From positions 6,195 through 70,194 of the forward strand of contig JACPJO010000001.1 in NCBI GenBank assembly GCA_016187485.1: a DNA stretch of 64,000 nucleotides, given 5' to 3'. The position numbers were made by a program, and so were the translations under genes. The stretch is from Candidatus Uhrbacteria bacterium. GTDB lineage: Bacteria; Patescibacteriota; Patescibacteriia; UBA9934; UBA10169. Below are positions 27,625 to 37,234 of the stretch, one piece after another. Under the pieces are notes generated by a model. It saw nothing but the letters and a program-made list of their open reading frames with translations, was not told the origin of the DNA and ran no database searches. Every line of letters begins with the position of its first letter. Position 1 is the first letter of the stretch.

Positions 27625-28950
27625 ATGGCATCTGTTTCGATGGAGACATTGGTACATTTGGCCAAGAGCCGCGGGTTTGTTTTTCCCGGCTCCGAGATTT
27701 ATGGGGGGCTTGCGAATAGCTGGGACTACGGTCCGCTCGGGGTTGCACTCAAAAAAAATATCGTGGACGCGTGGTGGAAACGGTTTGTGACGTCACGCCG
27801 CGATATGGTGGGGATTGATGCCGCCGTTATCATGAATCCAAAAGTGTGGGAGGCGTCGGGACACCTGGCGGAGTTTACAGACCCGCTGGTGGAGTGCAAG
27901 AAGTGCCATACGCGTTTTCGCGCGGACCAAATCGATACGGCCGCCGCGTGCGCGCATTGCGGCACGAAAGGAGAATTTACCGAGTCCAAGAATTTCAATT
28001 TGATGTTCAAAACGTTTCTCGGCTCTACCGATGACGACGCGGCAGTGGCGTATCTGCGCGGCGAGCTGGCGCAGGCGATGTTTGTAGATTTTCCCTCTGT
28101 GGTGCAGATGTCTCGCAAGCGCGTGCCCTTTGGCATTGCGCAAATAGGGAAGTGCTTCCGAAATGAGATTACGCCGGGAAATTTCATTTTCCGCATGCGC
28201 GAATTCAATTTAATGGAGTTTGAGTATTTTGTGCATCCGTCCGAATGGGAGAAGTCTTTTGCCTATTGGCTTAGCGAAATGAAGGCGTGGCTTGGATTTC
28301 TCGGCGTTAAAGAGGAGCATCTTGTGTTTCACGAGATTCCCGACGGCGAACGTGCCCACTACTCCATGCGTACAGTGGACATTGAGTATCAGTACCCGTT
28401 TGGCGTGAAGGAGTTGTACGGTCTTGCCTACCGCACAGACTTTGATTTGAAAAACCACATGGAGAAATCGGGAAAAGATCTACGTTATACCGATCCCGTG
28501 AGTGGCGAAAAATATTTGCCGCATGTGATTGAGCCTACTTTTGGTATTGACCGTACGGTTCTTGTCACTATGCTTGAGGCGTATCACGAAGAAGAGGCGC
28601 CGACCGCCGAGGAAGGGGAGTCTGCCACGCGCGTCGTGCTCAAATTTCCCAAGTCGCTTGCGCCGTTTAAGGTAGCCGTGCTTCCGCTTTCCAAAAAAGA
28701 AGAGCTCTCGGTTGTCTCTAAAGGTGTTCTCGATCTCCTGACCCCGTATTTTGCTTGTGACTATGACGAGACGCAGTCCATCGGACGACGCTATCGCCGG
28801 CAAGACGAGATCGGCACGCCCTATTGCGTGACGGTGGATTTTGACTCGTTAAACGACCATGCTGTCACGGTGCGCGACCGTGACTCCATGAAGCAAGAGC
28901 GTGTCCCCATCACGGACCTTGTAACGTATCTCACCCCGCTTCTTGTATGA
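27625..28950 (+). CDS. glyQS: Glycine--tRNA ligase (alpha2 dimeric type)
   Basis: FVFPGSEIYGGLANSWDYGPLG ...; class II motifs; zinc-knuckle CKKCHTRFRAD. Confidence 0.9.
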   Translation: MASVSMETLVHLAKSRGFVFPGSEIYGGLANSWDYGPLGVALKKNIVDAWWKRFVTSRRDMVGIDAAVIMNPKVWEASGHLAEFTDPLVECKKCHTRFRADQIDTAAACAHCGTKGEFTESKNFNLMFKTFLGSTDDDAAVAYLRGELAQAMFVDFPSVVQMSRKRVPFGIAQIGKCFRNEITPGNFIFRMREFNLMEFEYFVHPSEWEKSFAYWLSEMKAWLGFLGVKEEHLVFHEIPDGERAHYSMRTVDIEYQYPFGVKELYGLAYRTDFDLKNHMEKSGKDLRYTDPVSGEKYLPHVIEPTFGIDRTVLVTMLEAYHEEEAPTAEEGESATRVVLKFPKSLAPFKVAVLPLSKKEELSVVSKGVLDLLTPYFACDYDETQSIGRRYRRQDEIGTPYCVTVDFDSLNDHAVTVRDRDSMKQERVPITDLVTYLTPLLV

Positions 28951-30212
28951 AGAAGACACATTTGTCCAACGGCATTCCGGTTTTTCTTGTTCCATCAAGC
29001 GGCACGGAAGCGGCAACGGTGCTTGTTATGGTGAAAGTTGGCTCGCGTTACGAAACGCCAGCACTAAACGGGGTGAGCCATTTCATTGAGCACATGCTGT
29101 TTAAGGGCACGCCCAGGCGGAAGACTCCGCAAGATATTTCACGCACGCTTGATGCGGTCGGCGCCGACTATAATGCATTCACTGCCAAAGATGAGACAGG
29201 ATATTGGGTGAAGGTGAATCGGACACATGTCCCGCTGGCGGTTGATCTGCTCCACGACATGCTTACATCGTCGAAATTTTCCGCGCCGGAACTTGCGCGC
29301 GAGCGTCACGTTATCATGGAAGAGATTAACATGTATCACGACAACCCGATGATGCATGTGGATGAGATGTTGGAGTCGGTAATGTTTGCTGGCTCCACGC
29401 TTGGATGGGAGATTGCCGGAACGCACAAGACGATGACGGAGATGCCGCGTGCGGATGTCATGGCGTTTTGGCGCCGTGCGTATCAGCCTCGTCGCATGGT
29501 GATTGCTGTGGCTGGGGCGTTCCCCAAAGATACAAAGGCGCGACTTGAGAAATCATTTGGAAGGAAGCTGACAGCGCCGGCAGACATGACCTACGATCCA
29601 TTCTTGGGATTTCTGACCTCGCGGCGCCCGCGTGTGGCGATCCAGTATAAAGAGACAAAGCAAGTACAGGTGGCCGTGGGGTTTCCCGGCGTTTCACACA
29701 TGGATAGGCGTGCGGATGCCATACGGCTTCTCGCCACAATTTTGGGCGGCCCTATGTCATCGCGTCTGTTCACTTCGGTGCGCGAAAAGCGCGGCCTTTG
29801 TTACTTTGTGCGCGCGAGCCACGCGTCGTTTGAAGACACAGGACTCTTTATGGTTCAATCTGGACTGGATCGAGGTCGGCTGGGGCTGGCCGGAAAAATC
29901 ATCATGCAGGAACTACGCAAAATGGTAAAAGAGCGCGTGGGTGGGGCAGAATTGACACGGGCAAAAGAATATCTTGCTGGCAAAACCATTCTTGCTCTTG
30001 AGGATTCGTCCACCGTGGCCGAATGGTATGCCAAACAGGAATTGCATACAGGGACGGTTCTTACACCCCACGAAAAGCTGGCGCGTCTGCGTAAAGTGAC
30101 TCCAGCACAGATTCAGGACGCCGCAGCGTGGGCCCTAGACACGCGCCGCATGGGGTTGGCCGGTATTGGTCCGTTTCGTCGCGAAGGGGAATTATCAAAA
30201 TACTTTTTGTGA
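28947..30212 (+). CDS. M16 family zinc peptidase (insulinase-like)
   Basis: HFIEH inverted zincin motif. Confidence 0.8.
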   Translation: MKKTHLSNGIPVFLVPSSGTEAATVLVMVKVGSRYETPALNGVSHFIEHMLFKGTPRRKTPQDISRTLDAVGADYNAFTAKDETGYWVKVNRTHVPLAVDLLHDMLTSSKFSAPELARERHVIMEEINMYHDNPMMHVDEMLESVMFAGSTLGWEIAGTHKTMTEMPRADVMAFWRRAYQPRRMVIAVAGAFPKDTKARLEKSFGRKLTAPADMTYDPFLGFLTSRRPRVAIQYKETKQVQVAVGFPGVSHMDRRADAIRLLATILGGPMSSRLFTSVREKRGLCYFVRASHASFEDTGLFMVQSGLDRGRLGLAGKIIMQELRKMVKERVGGAELTRAKEYLAGKTILALEDSSTVAEWYAKQELHTGTVLTPHEKLARLRKVTPAQIQDAAAWALDTRRMGLAGIGPFRREGELSKYFL

Positions 30213-30952
30213 AGTATCTCGTTGCCAACTGGAAGATGTACGTGGATACACGCGGTGCGGTGGCGCTGGCGCGCGAGGTTTTACGTTGGACACGCGGAAA
30301 AGAAAAGCTTCCCGAAATTGTGCTTTGCCCAAGCTTTCTGGCCATCCCGGAAGTGCAGAAAGTTCTTGGCCATAGCCGCATTCATCTGGGGGCGCAAGAT
30401 GTTTTTTGGGAAAATGACGGGCCGCATACAGGGGGAATCAGCCCGCAGGCTCTTCATGCGGCTGGGTGCGCATTTGCGATTATCGGACACTCGGAGAGAC
30501 GGCGGGAACTTGGCGAGACGGACGTGATGGTGGCAAAAAAAGTCTCGGCAGCTTTGGCAGCGGGACTCACACCTTTGGTATGCGTTGGGGAAACGAAAGA
30601 GGCGCATGAGGCGGGCGAGACATTGTTGGTCGTCCGCGCTCAAGTGCGCCAAGCGCTTGCGGGCCGTGCGCACGGACGTGTAGGCATTGTCTACGAGCCT
30701 CTTTGGGCGATTTCATTGTATGGGAAAGGGGAACCGGAATCCCCGGAAGCTCTGCGCGAAATTTTTGGCGGCCTCAAAGAGGAAGCGGGAGAGGACGCGA
30801 TCCTTCTTTATGGCGGGAGTGTGGATGGGGCTAACGCCTATAGCTACTTACGCGAGGATGTGGTTGATGGAGTGCTGGTGGGGTACGCGTCGGTGAAGAC
30901 GCACCAGCTTGGCGATATGCTTGCGGCCACGTGCAAAGCTTCTCATATATGA
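30209..30952 (+). CDS. tpiA: Triosephosphate isomerase
   Basis: GTG start overlaps the upstream TGA (VKYLVANWKM); IGHSERR and YEPLWAI motifs. The tracked ORF start at 30128 is in-frame read-through. Confidence 0.85.
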   Translation: MKYLVANWKMYVDTRGAVALAREVLRWTRGKEKLPEIVLCPSFLAIPEVQKVLGHSRIHLGAQDVFWENDGPHTGGISPQALHAAGCAFAIIGHSERRRELGETDVMVAKKVSAALAAGLTPLVCVGETKEAHEAGETLLVVRAQVRQALAGRAHGRVGIVYEPLWAISLYGKGEPESPEALREIFGGLKEEAGEDAILLYGGSVDGANAYSYLREDVVDGVLVGYASVKTHQLGDMLAATCKASHI

Positions 30953-31743
30953 TGATTCTTTTTTGGATAGCGCTTGTTCTCCTTATTGTTTCGCTTGCTG
31001 CACTTGTGTGGGTTGCTTTTCGGCACATGGCGCAAGTACGTGTGGTGAACATCCACACGGATGACAAGGCGCAACATGCACGAGTGAAAGAAGATATTAT
31101 TTTGGAACGCGTGACGCGCACGTTTGCTCCCGCGCGGTTTTTCCTCCGTGTGCTCCCGCGCGTGGTTACATTTCTCCGCCGTGTTGGGCGGCGCACGGTG
31201 CAAGAGCTTCGTACTCTGGAAAAACATTATGCGCATGTACGTGAGCGCGCACAGGCCCCCCTGCGCCGAAGTGGCGAGGCAGTGAAGCGGGCAATGGAGG
31301 AAGCGGCAGCACTCGTGCACGATGAACAGTATGCGGAGGCGGAGAAAAAATACATTGAGGTGATTTCTTTGCGCCCGCGGCATGTGGCGGCGTATGAATT
31401 TTTGGGGCGTTTGTATACAAAGATGGGAAATTTGGACCAGGCGGTGGAGACGCTTGCATTTGCGCTTCAGCTTGCACCGAACGACGCAAGCGTGCATGTG
31501 TCACTTGGCGAGGTGTATGGGAAAAAAGAAGAGTGGGCGCGCGCGCTTGCCGAGTTTGAGCGTGCCGTGGCGAAGCGTCCTGGGAATCCGCGCTATCTCG
31601 ACTTGTATATTGAAAGTGCGCTCATTGCCAAGCGGCCAGAGGAGGCGGCAAGGGGAATTGCGCTGTTGCGAAAGACCAACAAAGAAAACCAAAAATTGGG
31701 GGAGTTTGATGCGCGTTTAGCCGCGTTGCAGGGCACGATGTAA
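30949..31743 (+). CDS. Membrane-anchored TPR-repeat protein
   Basis: N-terminal TM, then TPR-like AYEFLGRLYTKMGNLDQAVETLAFALQLAP...; ATGA overlap with tpiA. Confidence 0.55.
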   Translation: MMILFWIALVLLIVSLAALVWVAFRHMAQVRVVNIHTDDKAQHARVKEDIILERVTRTFAPARFFLRVLPRVVTFLRRVGRRTVQELRTLEKHYAHVRERAQAPLRRSGEAVKRAMEEAAALVHDEQYAEAEKKYIEVISLRPRHVAAYEFLGRLYTKMGNLDQAVETLAFALQLAPNDASVHVSLGEVYGKKEEWARALAEFERAVAKRPGNPRYLDLYIESALIAKRPEEAARGIALLRKTNKENQKLGEFDARLAALQGTM

Positions 31744-31765
31744 TTTGCTACTATCCGCCCCGCAG

Positions 31766-31841
31766 GCCGTTGTAGCTCAGTTGGTAGAGCACGTCCATGG
31801 TAAGGACGAGGTCACCGGTTCGATCCCGGTCAACGGCTCCA
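31766..31841 (+). tRNA. tRNA-Thr(GGT)
   Basis: Hand-folded cloverleaf: acceptor GCCGTTG/CAACGGC, anticodon loop ATGGTAA, T-arm ACCGG-TTCGATC-CCGGT, encoded CCA. Confidence 0.85.
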
Positions 31842-31908
31842 CTCCGCTCTTTGAGCTTCGTTAGGAGTATTCCTAACGAGACCCGAAGGGTGAAGGGAGA
31901 CAACATAC

Positions 31909-31993
31909 GGGTAGGTACTCAAGTGGTCAACGAGGGCAGACTGTAAATCTGCTGGCTCCGCCTTCGAAGGTTCGAATCCTTCCCTACCCACCA
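31909..31993 (+). tRNA. tRNA-Tyr(GTA), long variable arm
   Basis: Acceptor GGGTAGG/CCTACCC, anticodon stem-loop GCAGA-CTGTAAA-TCTGC, T-arm GAAGG-TTCGAAT-CCTTC, CCA encoded. Confidence 0.85.
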
Positions 31994-32120
31994 GCTTCCT
32001 TTCCCGACAGACTTTCGTTCAGGCTTCTCCTTGTCGCCTTCACTTTCGTCTGTCGGCCGGTCGCTTTCGCCAAGCTCTGCTTGGCGAGGAAAGAAAAGAA
32101 TTGGGTCGGAATTGCTAAAC

Positions 32121-32225
32121 GCCGCCTTAGCTCAGCTGGTACCCGCCGTCCAGCAGCAAAGCTGCAGGACAGGCGGGCCCGCCGGCACGCCCGGAGGGCT
32201 GTGCGGCGGGGAGCAACGGTTTTGT
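32121..32225 (+). pseudogene. 5' tRNA-Thr-like fragment interrupted by a ~69-nt GC-rich hairpin inserted in the D-loop
   Basis: GCCGCCTTAGCTCAGCTGGTA [insert] GAGCAACGGTTTTGT copies positions 1-38 of the downstream tRNA-Thr(TGT), then diverges with no anticodon-stem partner. Confidence 0.45.
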
Positions 32226-32241
32226 GGGCTAGTTAGCACGT

Positions 32242-32317
32242 GCCGAGATAGCTCAGCTGGTAGAGCAACGGTTTTGTAAACCGTAGGTCACGGGTTCGAG
32301 TCCCGTTCTCGGCTCCA
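32242..32317 (+). tRNA. tRNA-Thr(TGT)
   Basis: Acceptor GCCGAGA/TCTCGGC, anticodon loop TTTGTAA, T-arm ACGGG-TTCGAGT-CCCGT, CCA encoded. Confidence 0.85.
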
Positions 32318-32336
32318 GACGCGCTTCACAGAAAAA

Positions 32337-32366
32337 CATCCGGTCAAGCCGGAGTGTTTTTTGTTT
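32337..32366 (+). terminator. intrinsic terminator after the tRNA cluster
   Basis: ACATCCGG-tcaag-CCGGAGTGT (one bulge), then TTTTTTGTTT. Confidence 0.5.
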
Positions 32367-32527
32367 CGACAGCATGCCGTTCATTGTTTCTTTGGTCAGT
32401 TTCAACTAACTCATCAACTCAGGGACGAAGGAAAACAGAAGACCGCACCCGAGAGTGAAGCGCACGAGAGCGGCTTCTGTGGGTGCGGTTGAAGGGTGGC
32501 GTCAGACAGAGTGCCTGACGTCGAGGA

Positions 32528-34243
32528 CTAATCGTGGCCAGTTACACGCATCACTTCCTCGAGCGAGGTGACACCATCGCGCAATTTGGCGAGCGCGCTC
32601 ACACGCAACGTCTTCATGCCACCGCGAACGGCTTCACGGCGAAGCTGCTCGGTCGTGGCACCGGCGGCGATCTGCTCGCACAGGTCGGAGGTGAGCGCCA
32701 TGATCTCGTAGATGGCGATGCGGCCCATGTACCCGGTCTCGTTGCAGGCGGGGCAGCCAACGGCGCGCAGGCAGGTGTACTCGTCTGACTCGTCAGACGG
32801 CACTCCCAGGTCGAGCAGGGTCTGGCGCGGAACGTCTTGGGGCTCGCGGCAGGTCTCGCACAGACGCCGCACGAGACGCTGGGCGATGATCATCCGCACG
32901 CACGCGGCGATCTCGAAGGCGGGCACACCCATCTCCGTCAGACGCGCGATCGTGCTCGGCGCATCGTTGGTGTGCAGGGTGGAGAGGACCAGATGCCCGG
33001 TCATCGCGGCCTGCACGGCCGTCTCCGCCGTCTCGAAGTCCCGGATCTCACCCACGAGGATCACGTCCGGATCCAGACGCAGGAACGACCGCAGTGCGGC
33101 GGCGAACGTGAGTCCTGCCTCCACGTTCACTTCCGTCTGCTTGATTCCGAAGATGTCGTACTCGACCGGCTGTTCCACGGTGAGGATGTTCGTCCCTACG
33201 ACGTTGATGTCGGAGAGCGCGGAGTAGAGCGTGGTCGTCTTGCCCGACCCCGTCGGACCCGTCACGAGGACCATGCCACTTGGAGCATGCAGGGCGGCAC
33301 GGAACCCCTCGAGCTCTGAGGACTCCAATCCGAGCTTGGTCATGTCGAGCTGGAGCTTGCTCTGGTCGAGAATCCGGATGACCACGTACTCGCCGTGCTG
33401 GGTGGGAATAACTCCCACGCGCAGGTCGATGTTTCTCCTGCCGCCGAGCTTGAGCTTGATCCGGCCATCCTGGGGCTTCCGGCGCTCGGAGATGTCCAGG
33501 CGCGCCAAGATCTTCACGCGTGAGATGATCGCGTTGCGGTATTTGAACGGAGGCTTGAGCACGTCGTAGAGCACTCCGTCGATGCGGAACCGGACGCGCA
33601 CCTGGCGCTCGAAGGGCTCGATGTGGATGTCGCTCGCGCGGTTCTTGATCGCGCTTGCCAGGATGAAGTTGACGAGCCTGATAACCGGTGCTTCGCCGGC
33701 GACTTCTTCAAGTTCTGCCGCGGTGACATCTTCCTCGGCATCCTTCTCCACTTCCAGTCCGTCGTCTGACAGCCCCAGTTCTTCCAGAGCGTTCTTGAAC
33801 GTCTTGGCGGAGAGGTAGCAACGATCGATGAGAGCGTTGATCTGGCTTTCGGGAGCCACCACGACTTCGAGCTTGTGGCCGGTCTTGACCTCGATGTCGC
33901 GTCGCGCGACGAGATCCCCTGGGTCGACCATGACAACGGTCAAAGTGTTGCCCGACAGACTCAGGGGCACCATGCGGTAACGGTCCACGAGCATGCGCGG
34001 AATGAGCTTCAACACCTTGGAATCCGGTGAAGCCTCCGAGAGGTCTACGGGCTGGACGTCGAACTGCCTCCTCAACGCGTGGACGATTGCGTTCTCGTCG
34101 ATCACGCCGTAGCGCACGAGCTCGTAGCTCAGAGGTCCGCCGGTCTGCTTGACGCGGTCCAGGGCTTCCTGGAGCTGAAGAGGAGAGATGTCCTTGTTGT
34201 GCACGAGCAACTCGCCAAGACGGGTATCAGAAGCTGATATCAT
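32528..34243 (-). CDS. pilB: Type IV pilus assembly / type II secretion ATPase PilB/GspE
   Basis: N-terminal GSPII_E domain; Walker A GPTGSGKTT; Asp box; His box; tetra-Cys CETC...CPAC. Confidence 0.85.
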   Translation of the reverse strand: MISASDTRLGELLVHNKDISPLQLQEALDRVKQTGGPLSYELVRYGVIDENAIVHALRRQFDVQPVDLSEASPDSKVLKLIPRMLVDRYRMVPLSLSGNTLTVVMVDPGDLVARRDIEVKTGHKLEVVVAPESQINALIDRCYLSAKTFKNALEELGLSDDGLEVEKDAEEDVTAAELEEVAGEAPVIRLVNFILASAIKNRASDIHIEPFERQVRVRFRIDGVLYDVLKPPFKYRNAIISRVKILARLDISERRKPQDGRIKLKLGGRRNIDLRVGVIPTQHGEYVVIRILDQSKLQLDMTKLGLESSELEGFRAALHAPSGMVLVTGPTGSGKTTTLYSALSDINVVGTNILTVEQPVEYDIFGIKQTEVNVEAGLTFAAALRSFLRLDPDVILVGEIRDFETAETAVQAAMTGHLVLSTLHTNDAPSTIARLTEMGVPAFEIAACVRMIIAQRLVRRLCETCREPQDVPRQTLLDLGVPSDESDEYTCLRAVGCPACNETGYMGRIAIYEIMALTSDLCEQIAAGATTEQLRREAVRGGMKTLRVSALAKLRDGVTSLEEVMRVTGHD

Positions 34244-34301
34244 GGTTTCTCCATGGGGGGTGTGAGACCCTTAAACACTATGGCAGATGCTGTGTCGGCT
34301 T

Positions 34302-35000
34302 TCAATACCGTGCGTGAAGGAGGAGCGAGACGGCTACGGCGACGTTTAATGATTCCAGCGTTCTCTCGTGCGAGATTTTAACGCTCGGCGCGGAGACGGG
34401 GAGGAGGATGCCTTGTCCCTCCGATCCGGCGATGACGGCAATGGAGTCTCCCGGGAGACTCTTGATATCCATGGCGCCTGGAGTGATTTCCAGACGGTAG
34501 AGCGGACGTTTCAGGTGTGGAAGGAGAGCGAGTGCCTCCTCACACGTTTTCTCCATCCACGGCACATGAAAGAGAGCACCCGCGCTCGAGCGAATCACTT
34601 TGGGGTTTCCTGAGTCAGCGCACTCGACGAGGAGGAGCGCGGCATTAAAGGCGAGTGCGCTTCGAAAAATCGTCCCGAGATTTCCCGGGTCTTGGACATG
34701 GTCGAGCACGACAAGAGTGTTCTTTGCCTCAACATCTTTTTTTGTCCACACAGGAAGTCGTGCCACGCCGGCAATTTCTTGCGGCGTTTCCGTTGTTACG
34801 AGTTTTTGAAAGTTTGGCGTGTCGTACGGCGTAAACGAAAAAAGCAACGAACGCCCCGCTTCTTTTACAAGGTGTTGTCCCTCGACCAACACAAGGCCGG
34901 ATTCCCGCCGACCCTTTTTCGTGTGCGTCGCGCGCACCAATTTTTCCTGCGTCTGACTCAACACACTAAAAAATATGCCGCTCCTTTGAATGTCGCACAA
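34302..35000 (-). CDS. SpoU/TrmH-family RNA 2'-O-methyltransferase
   Basis: LVLDHVQDPGNLGTIFRSA and IAGSEGQG motifs. Confidence 0.65.
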   Translation of the reverse strand: MCDIQRSGIFFSVLSQTQEKLVRATHTKKGRRESGLVLVEGQHLVKEAGRSLLFSFTPYDTPNFQKLVTTETPQEIAGVARLPVWTKKDVEAKNTLVVLDHVQDPGNLGTIFRSALAFNAALLLVECADSGNPKVIRSSAGALFHVPWMEKTCEEALALLPHLKRPLYRLEITPGAMDIKSLPGDSIAVIAGSEGQGILLPVSAPSVKISHERTLESLNVAVAVSLLLHARY

Positions 35001-35700
35001 TCTCCCACGCTTCTTCTGCCGTATCTACAGCGCTCATGATCTTGAGGCTTATTGGGTGCAGGGTTTCGTATTCCTTCACCAATGTGCGTGAGATCCATTC
35101 AAGAAGAGGCGCCCAAAATGATTTTCCCACAAGGACAACGGGAATCACCTGCGCCTTTTTTGTTTCAATGAGCACGAGCATCTCGAAGAGTTCATCGAGC
35201 GTGCCAAACCCGCCGGGGAAGAAAATGTAGGCCTGAGCAGAGGCGGAGAGCATTACCTTTCTCGTAAAAAAGTAATGGAAGCCTTTACCGCGTGTAAGGT
35301 AGTCGTTTGCGCGCTGCTCCAGCGGCAGCTCAATATTTAGTCCAAGCGATTCGCCGCCGGCCTCGAACGCCCCTTTGTTTGCCGCTTCCATAAGTCCGGG
35401 TCCCCCACCGGTGATTACCGTAAACCCGCCCCGCGCCGCGAGCTGTCCAAACCGCTCCGCCTCTTTGTACCAATGCGACCCGCGCGGCAATTTTGCCGAT
35501 CCAAACACCGTGACCTCTTTTTTGGATGTGGAGAGAAATTGAAATCCGTCCACGAACTCCGCCATGATGCGGAATATCCGCCACGTGATCTCGTTCATGC
35601 TGTGTGCGTGTTCAGCGTCTTTCGGATTCACCATGACATCTACCGGACAATTGGGAAATCGGCACAAGCTTGCCGACGCCTCCTTTTTGCGTTTAAGCAT
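34966..35700 (-). CDS. LOG-family protein (cytokinin riboside 5'-monophosphate phosphoribohydrolase-like)
   Basis: GGGPGLMEA and PGGFGTLDELFE motifs. Confidence 0.7.
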   Translation of the reverse strand: MLKRKKEASASLCRFPNCPVDVMVNPKDAEHAHSMNEITWRIFRIMAEFVDGFQFLSTSKKEVTVFGSAKLPRGSHWYKEAERFGQLAARGGFTVITGGGPGLMEAANKGAFEAGGESLGLNIELPLEQRANDYLTRGKGFHYFFTRKVMLSASAQAYIFFPGGFGTLDELFEMLVLIETKKAQVIPVVLVGKSFWAPLLEWISRTLVKEYETLHPISLKIMSAVDTAEEAWEIVRHSKERHIF

Positions 35701-35708
35701 AGTGGAAG

Positions 35709-36803
35709 CTATTTTAGCATACTTTCAATACGTCGGAGGAGAGTATCTACGCCCTCGCCGCTTTGCGCAGAAACAAAAGCAGGGTGAAGTTCACGATAGG
35801 CTGCGCGCATGCGGGCGCGCTCTGCCCGCCGCACGCCATCCATTTTGGCGAAGACAAAAAGCATCGGCGCCTGACTTATGCCAAGTTGGCGGAGGATGTC
35901 CTCGACCACGACCATTTTCTCGTCGCGATGCGGATCGCACGCGTCCACTACATGCAAAATCACGTCAGCGTTTACTGTTTCGGCAAGTGTGGAGCGGAAA
36001 GCCTCAATGAGGTCTGGCGGAAGTGATTGGATAAACCCGATGGTGTCTGAAAGAAGGGCGATCTTTTGCGCATGGGGGAGATAGAGTTGTCCAATACGCG
36101 TATCGAGGGTGGCAAACAGTTTGTCGGCGGCATATTCCCGCCGTCCCGTGAGAGCGTTGAGAAGCGTCGTTTTCCCTGCGTTCGTATAACCGACGATGGA
36201 CACGGTTTGCAAATCCTGCCGCCGGCGGTAAGCGCGTTGCCCCGCACGCATTTGCGCCGCATGCTCAATATCAGCCGTGAGTTTCCGCTCGCGTTCGCGC
36301 AAGTGGCGCTTCATGATCTCCGTGTTCGTTTCCCCGATGCCGCGTGTGCCGATGCCGCCGGTTTGCCGAGACAACTCGTGGCCCATGCCGAAAATTCTTG
36401 GCCCCATATGGCGCAAACGCGCCAGCTCAATCTGCAGCTTTGCTTCTTGGCTTGTGGCGTGTTTCTCAAAAATCTTCAAAATCAAATCCACGCGATCCCA
36501 CACCTGCAAATGTTCTTTGCGCAGGAGTTCTTGAAGTTCGTAGACTTGCCTGGGCTTCAGCATCCCGTTGACGATGAGAAGTTGGGCGCGAAGCTCGCGA
36601 GCCTCGTTCGCGATTTCCTCCACCTTTCCCTTACCGATGTACGTATGGTGATCGGGAGTGCCGCGCCGTTGGAGCTTTTTTACGACGACCACTCCGCCGT
36701 AGGTGTGCACGAGCGATTCCAACTCCTCCAATCGCTCGAGCGCTTGGTATTTCTTCATGGTAGGAAGCACCAGGTCTATGAGGATGGCGCGAGGCCTATG
36801 CAT
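35709..36803 (-). CDS. hflX: GTPase HflX
   Basis: HflX N-terminal domain plus G-domain GYTNAGKTTLLNALT, DTIGF. Confidence 0.85.
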   Translation of the reverse strand: MHRPRAILIDLVLPTMKKYQALERLEELESLVHTYGGVVVVKKLQRRGTPDHHTYIGKGKVEEIANEARELRAQLLIVNGMLKPRQVYELQELLRKEHLQVWDRVDLILKIFEKHATSQEAKLQIELARLRHMGPRIFGMGHELSRQTGGIGTRGIGETNTEIMKRHLRERERKLTADIEHAAQMRAGQRAYRRRQDLQTVSIVGYTNAGKTTLLNALTGRREYAADKLFATLDTRIGQLYLPHAQKIALLSDTIGFIQSLPPDLIEAFRSTLAETVNADVILHVVDACDPHRDEKMVVVEDILRQLGISQAPMLFVFAKMDGVRRAERARMRAAYRELHPAFVSAQSGEGVDTLLRRIESMLK

Positions 36804-36810
36804 ACCCGTA

Positions 36811-36847
36811 TCGTATCAAACAAAAACAGAGGGGCGAACCCTCTGTT
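36811..36847 (-). terminator. intrinsic terminator downstream of hup
   Basis: AACAGAGGG-gcgaa-CCCTCTGTT with T-run on the minus strand. Confidence 0.55.
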
Positions 36848-36855
36848 CTGATTTG

Positions 36856-37140
36856 CTAGGCGAGAAGCGCGTCTTTTGCAGCCTTCGCGACGCGGAATTT
36901 GAGCACGGTCTTTGCAGGGATTTGAATCTGCTCGCCCGTTGCAGGGTTGCGGCCCATGCGAGCTTCACGGCGTTTCTTCACGAGTTTGCCCAGTCCAGCA
37001 AACGAACACTCTCCACTGTGCTTTACCTCTGCGTATGCGACGTCCACCATTGCGGCAAGTACCGCGGCGACATCTTTCTTTGCCACGCCGCTCTTTTCCG
37101 CGATGGCAGCGAGCATTTGAGACTTGGTCATTTTAGCCAT
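36856..37140 (-). CDS. hup: DNA-binding protein HU
   Basis: Full-length similarity (MAKMTKSQMLAAIAEKSG...GRNPATGE..IPA). Confidence 0.85.
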   Translation of the reverse strand: MAKMTKSQMLAAIAEKSGVAKKDVAAVLAAMVDVAYAEVKHSGECSFAGLGKLVKKRREARMGRNPATGEQIQIPAKTVLKFRVAKAAKDALLA

Positions 37141-37234
37141 AGACCTAAGTTAAAAGTAATAAGTACCGGCCTAGTATAGCACATTTCCCCAAAAAACAAG
37201 GGGTTTGTGGATAGCTATGCTATACTGGTCTTCT

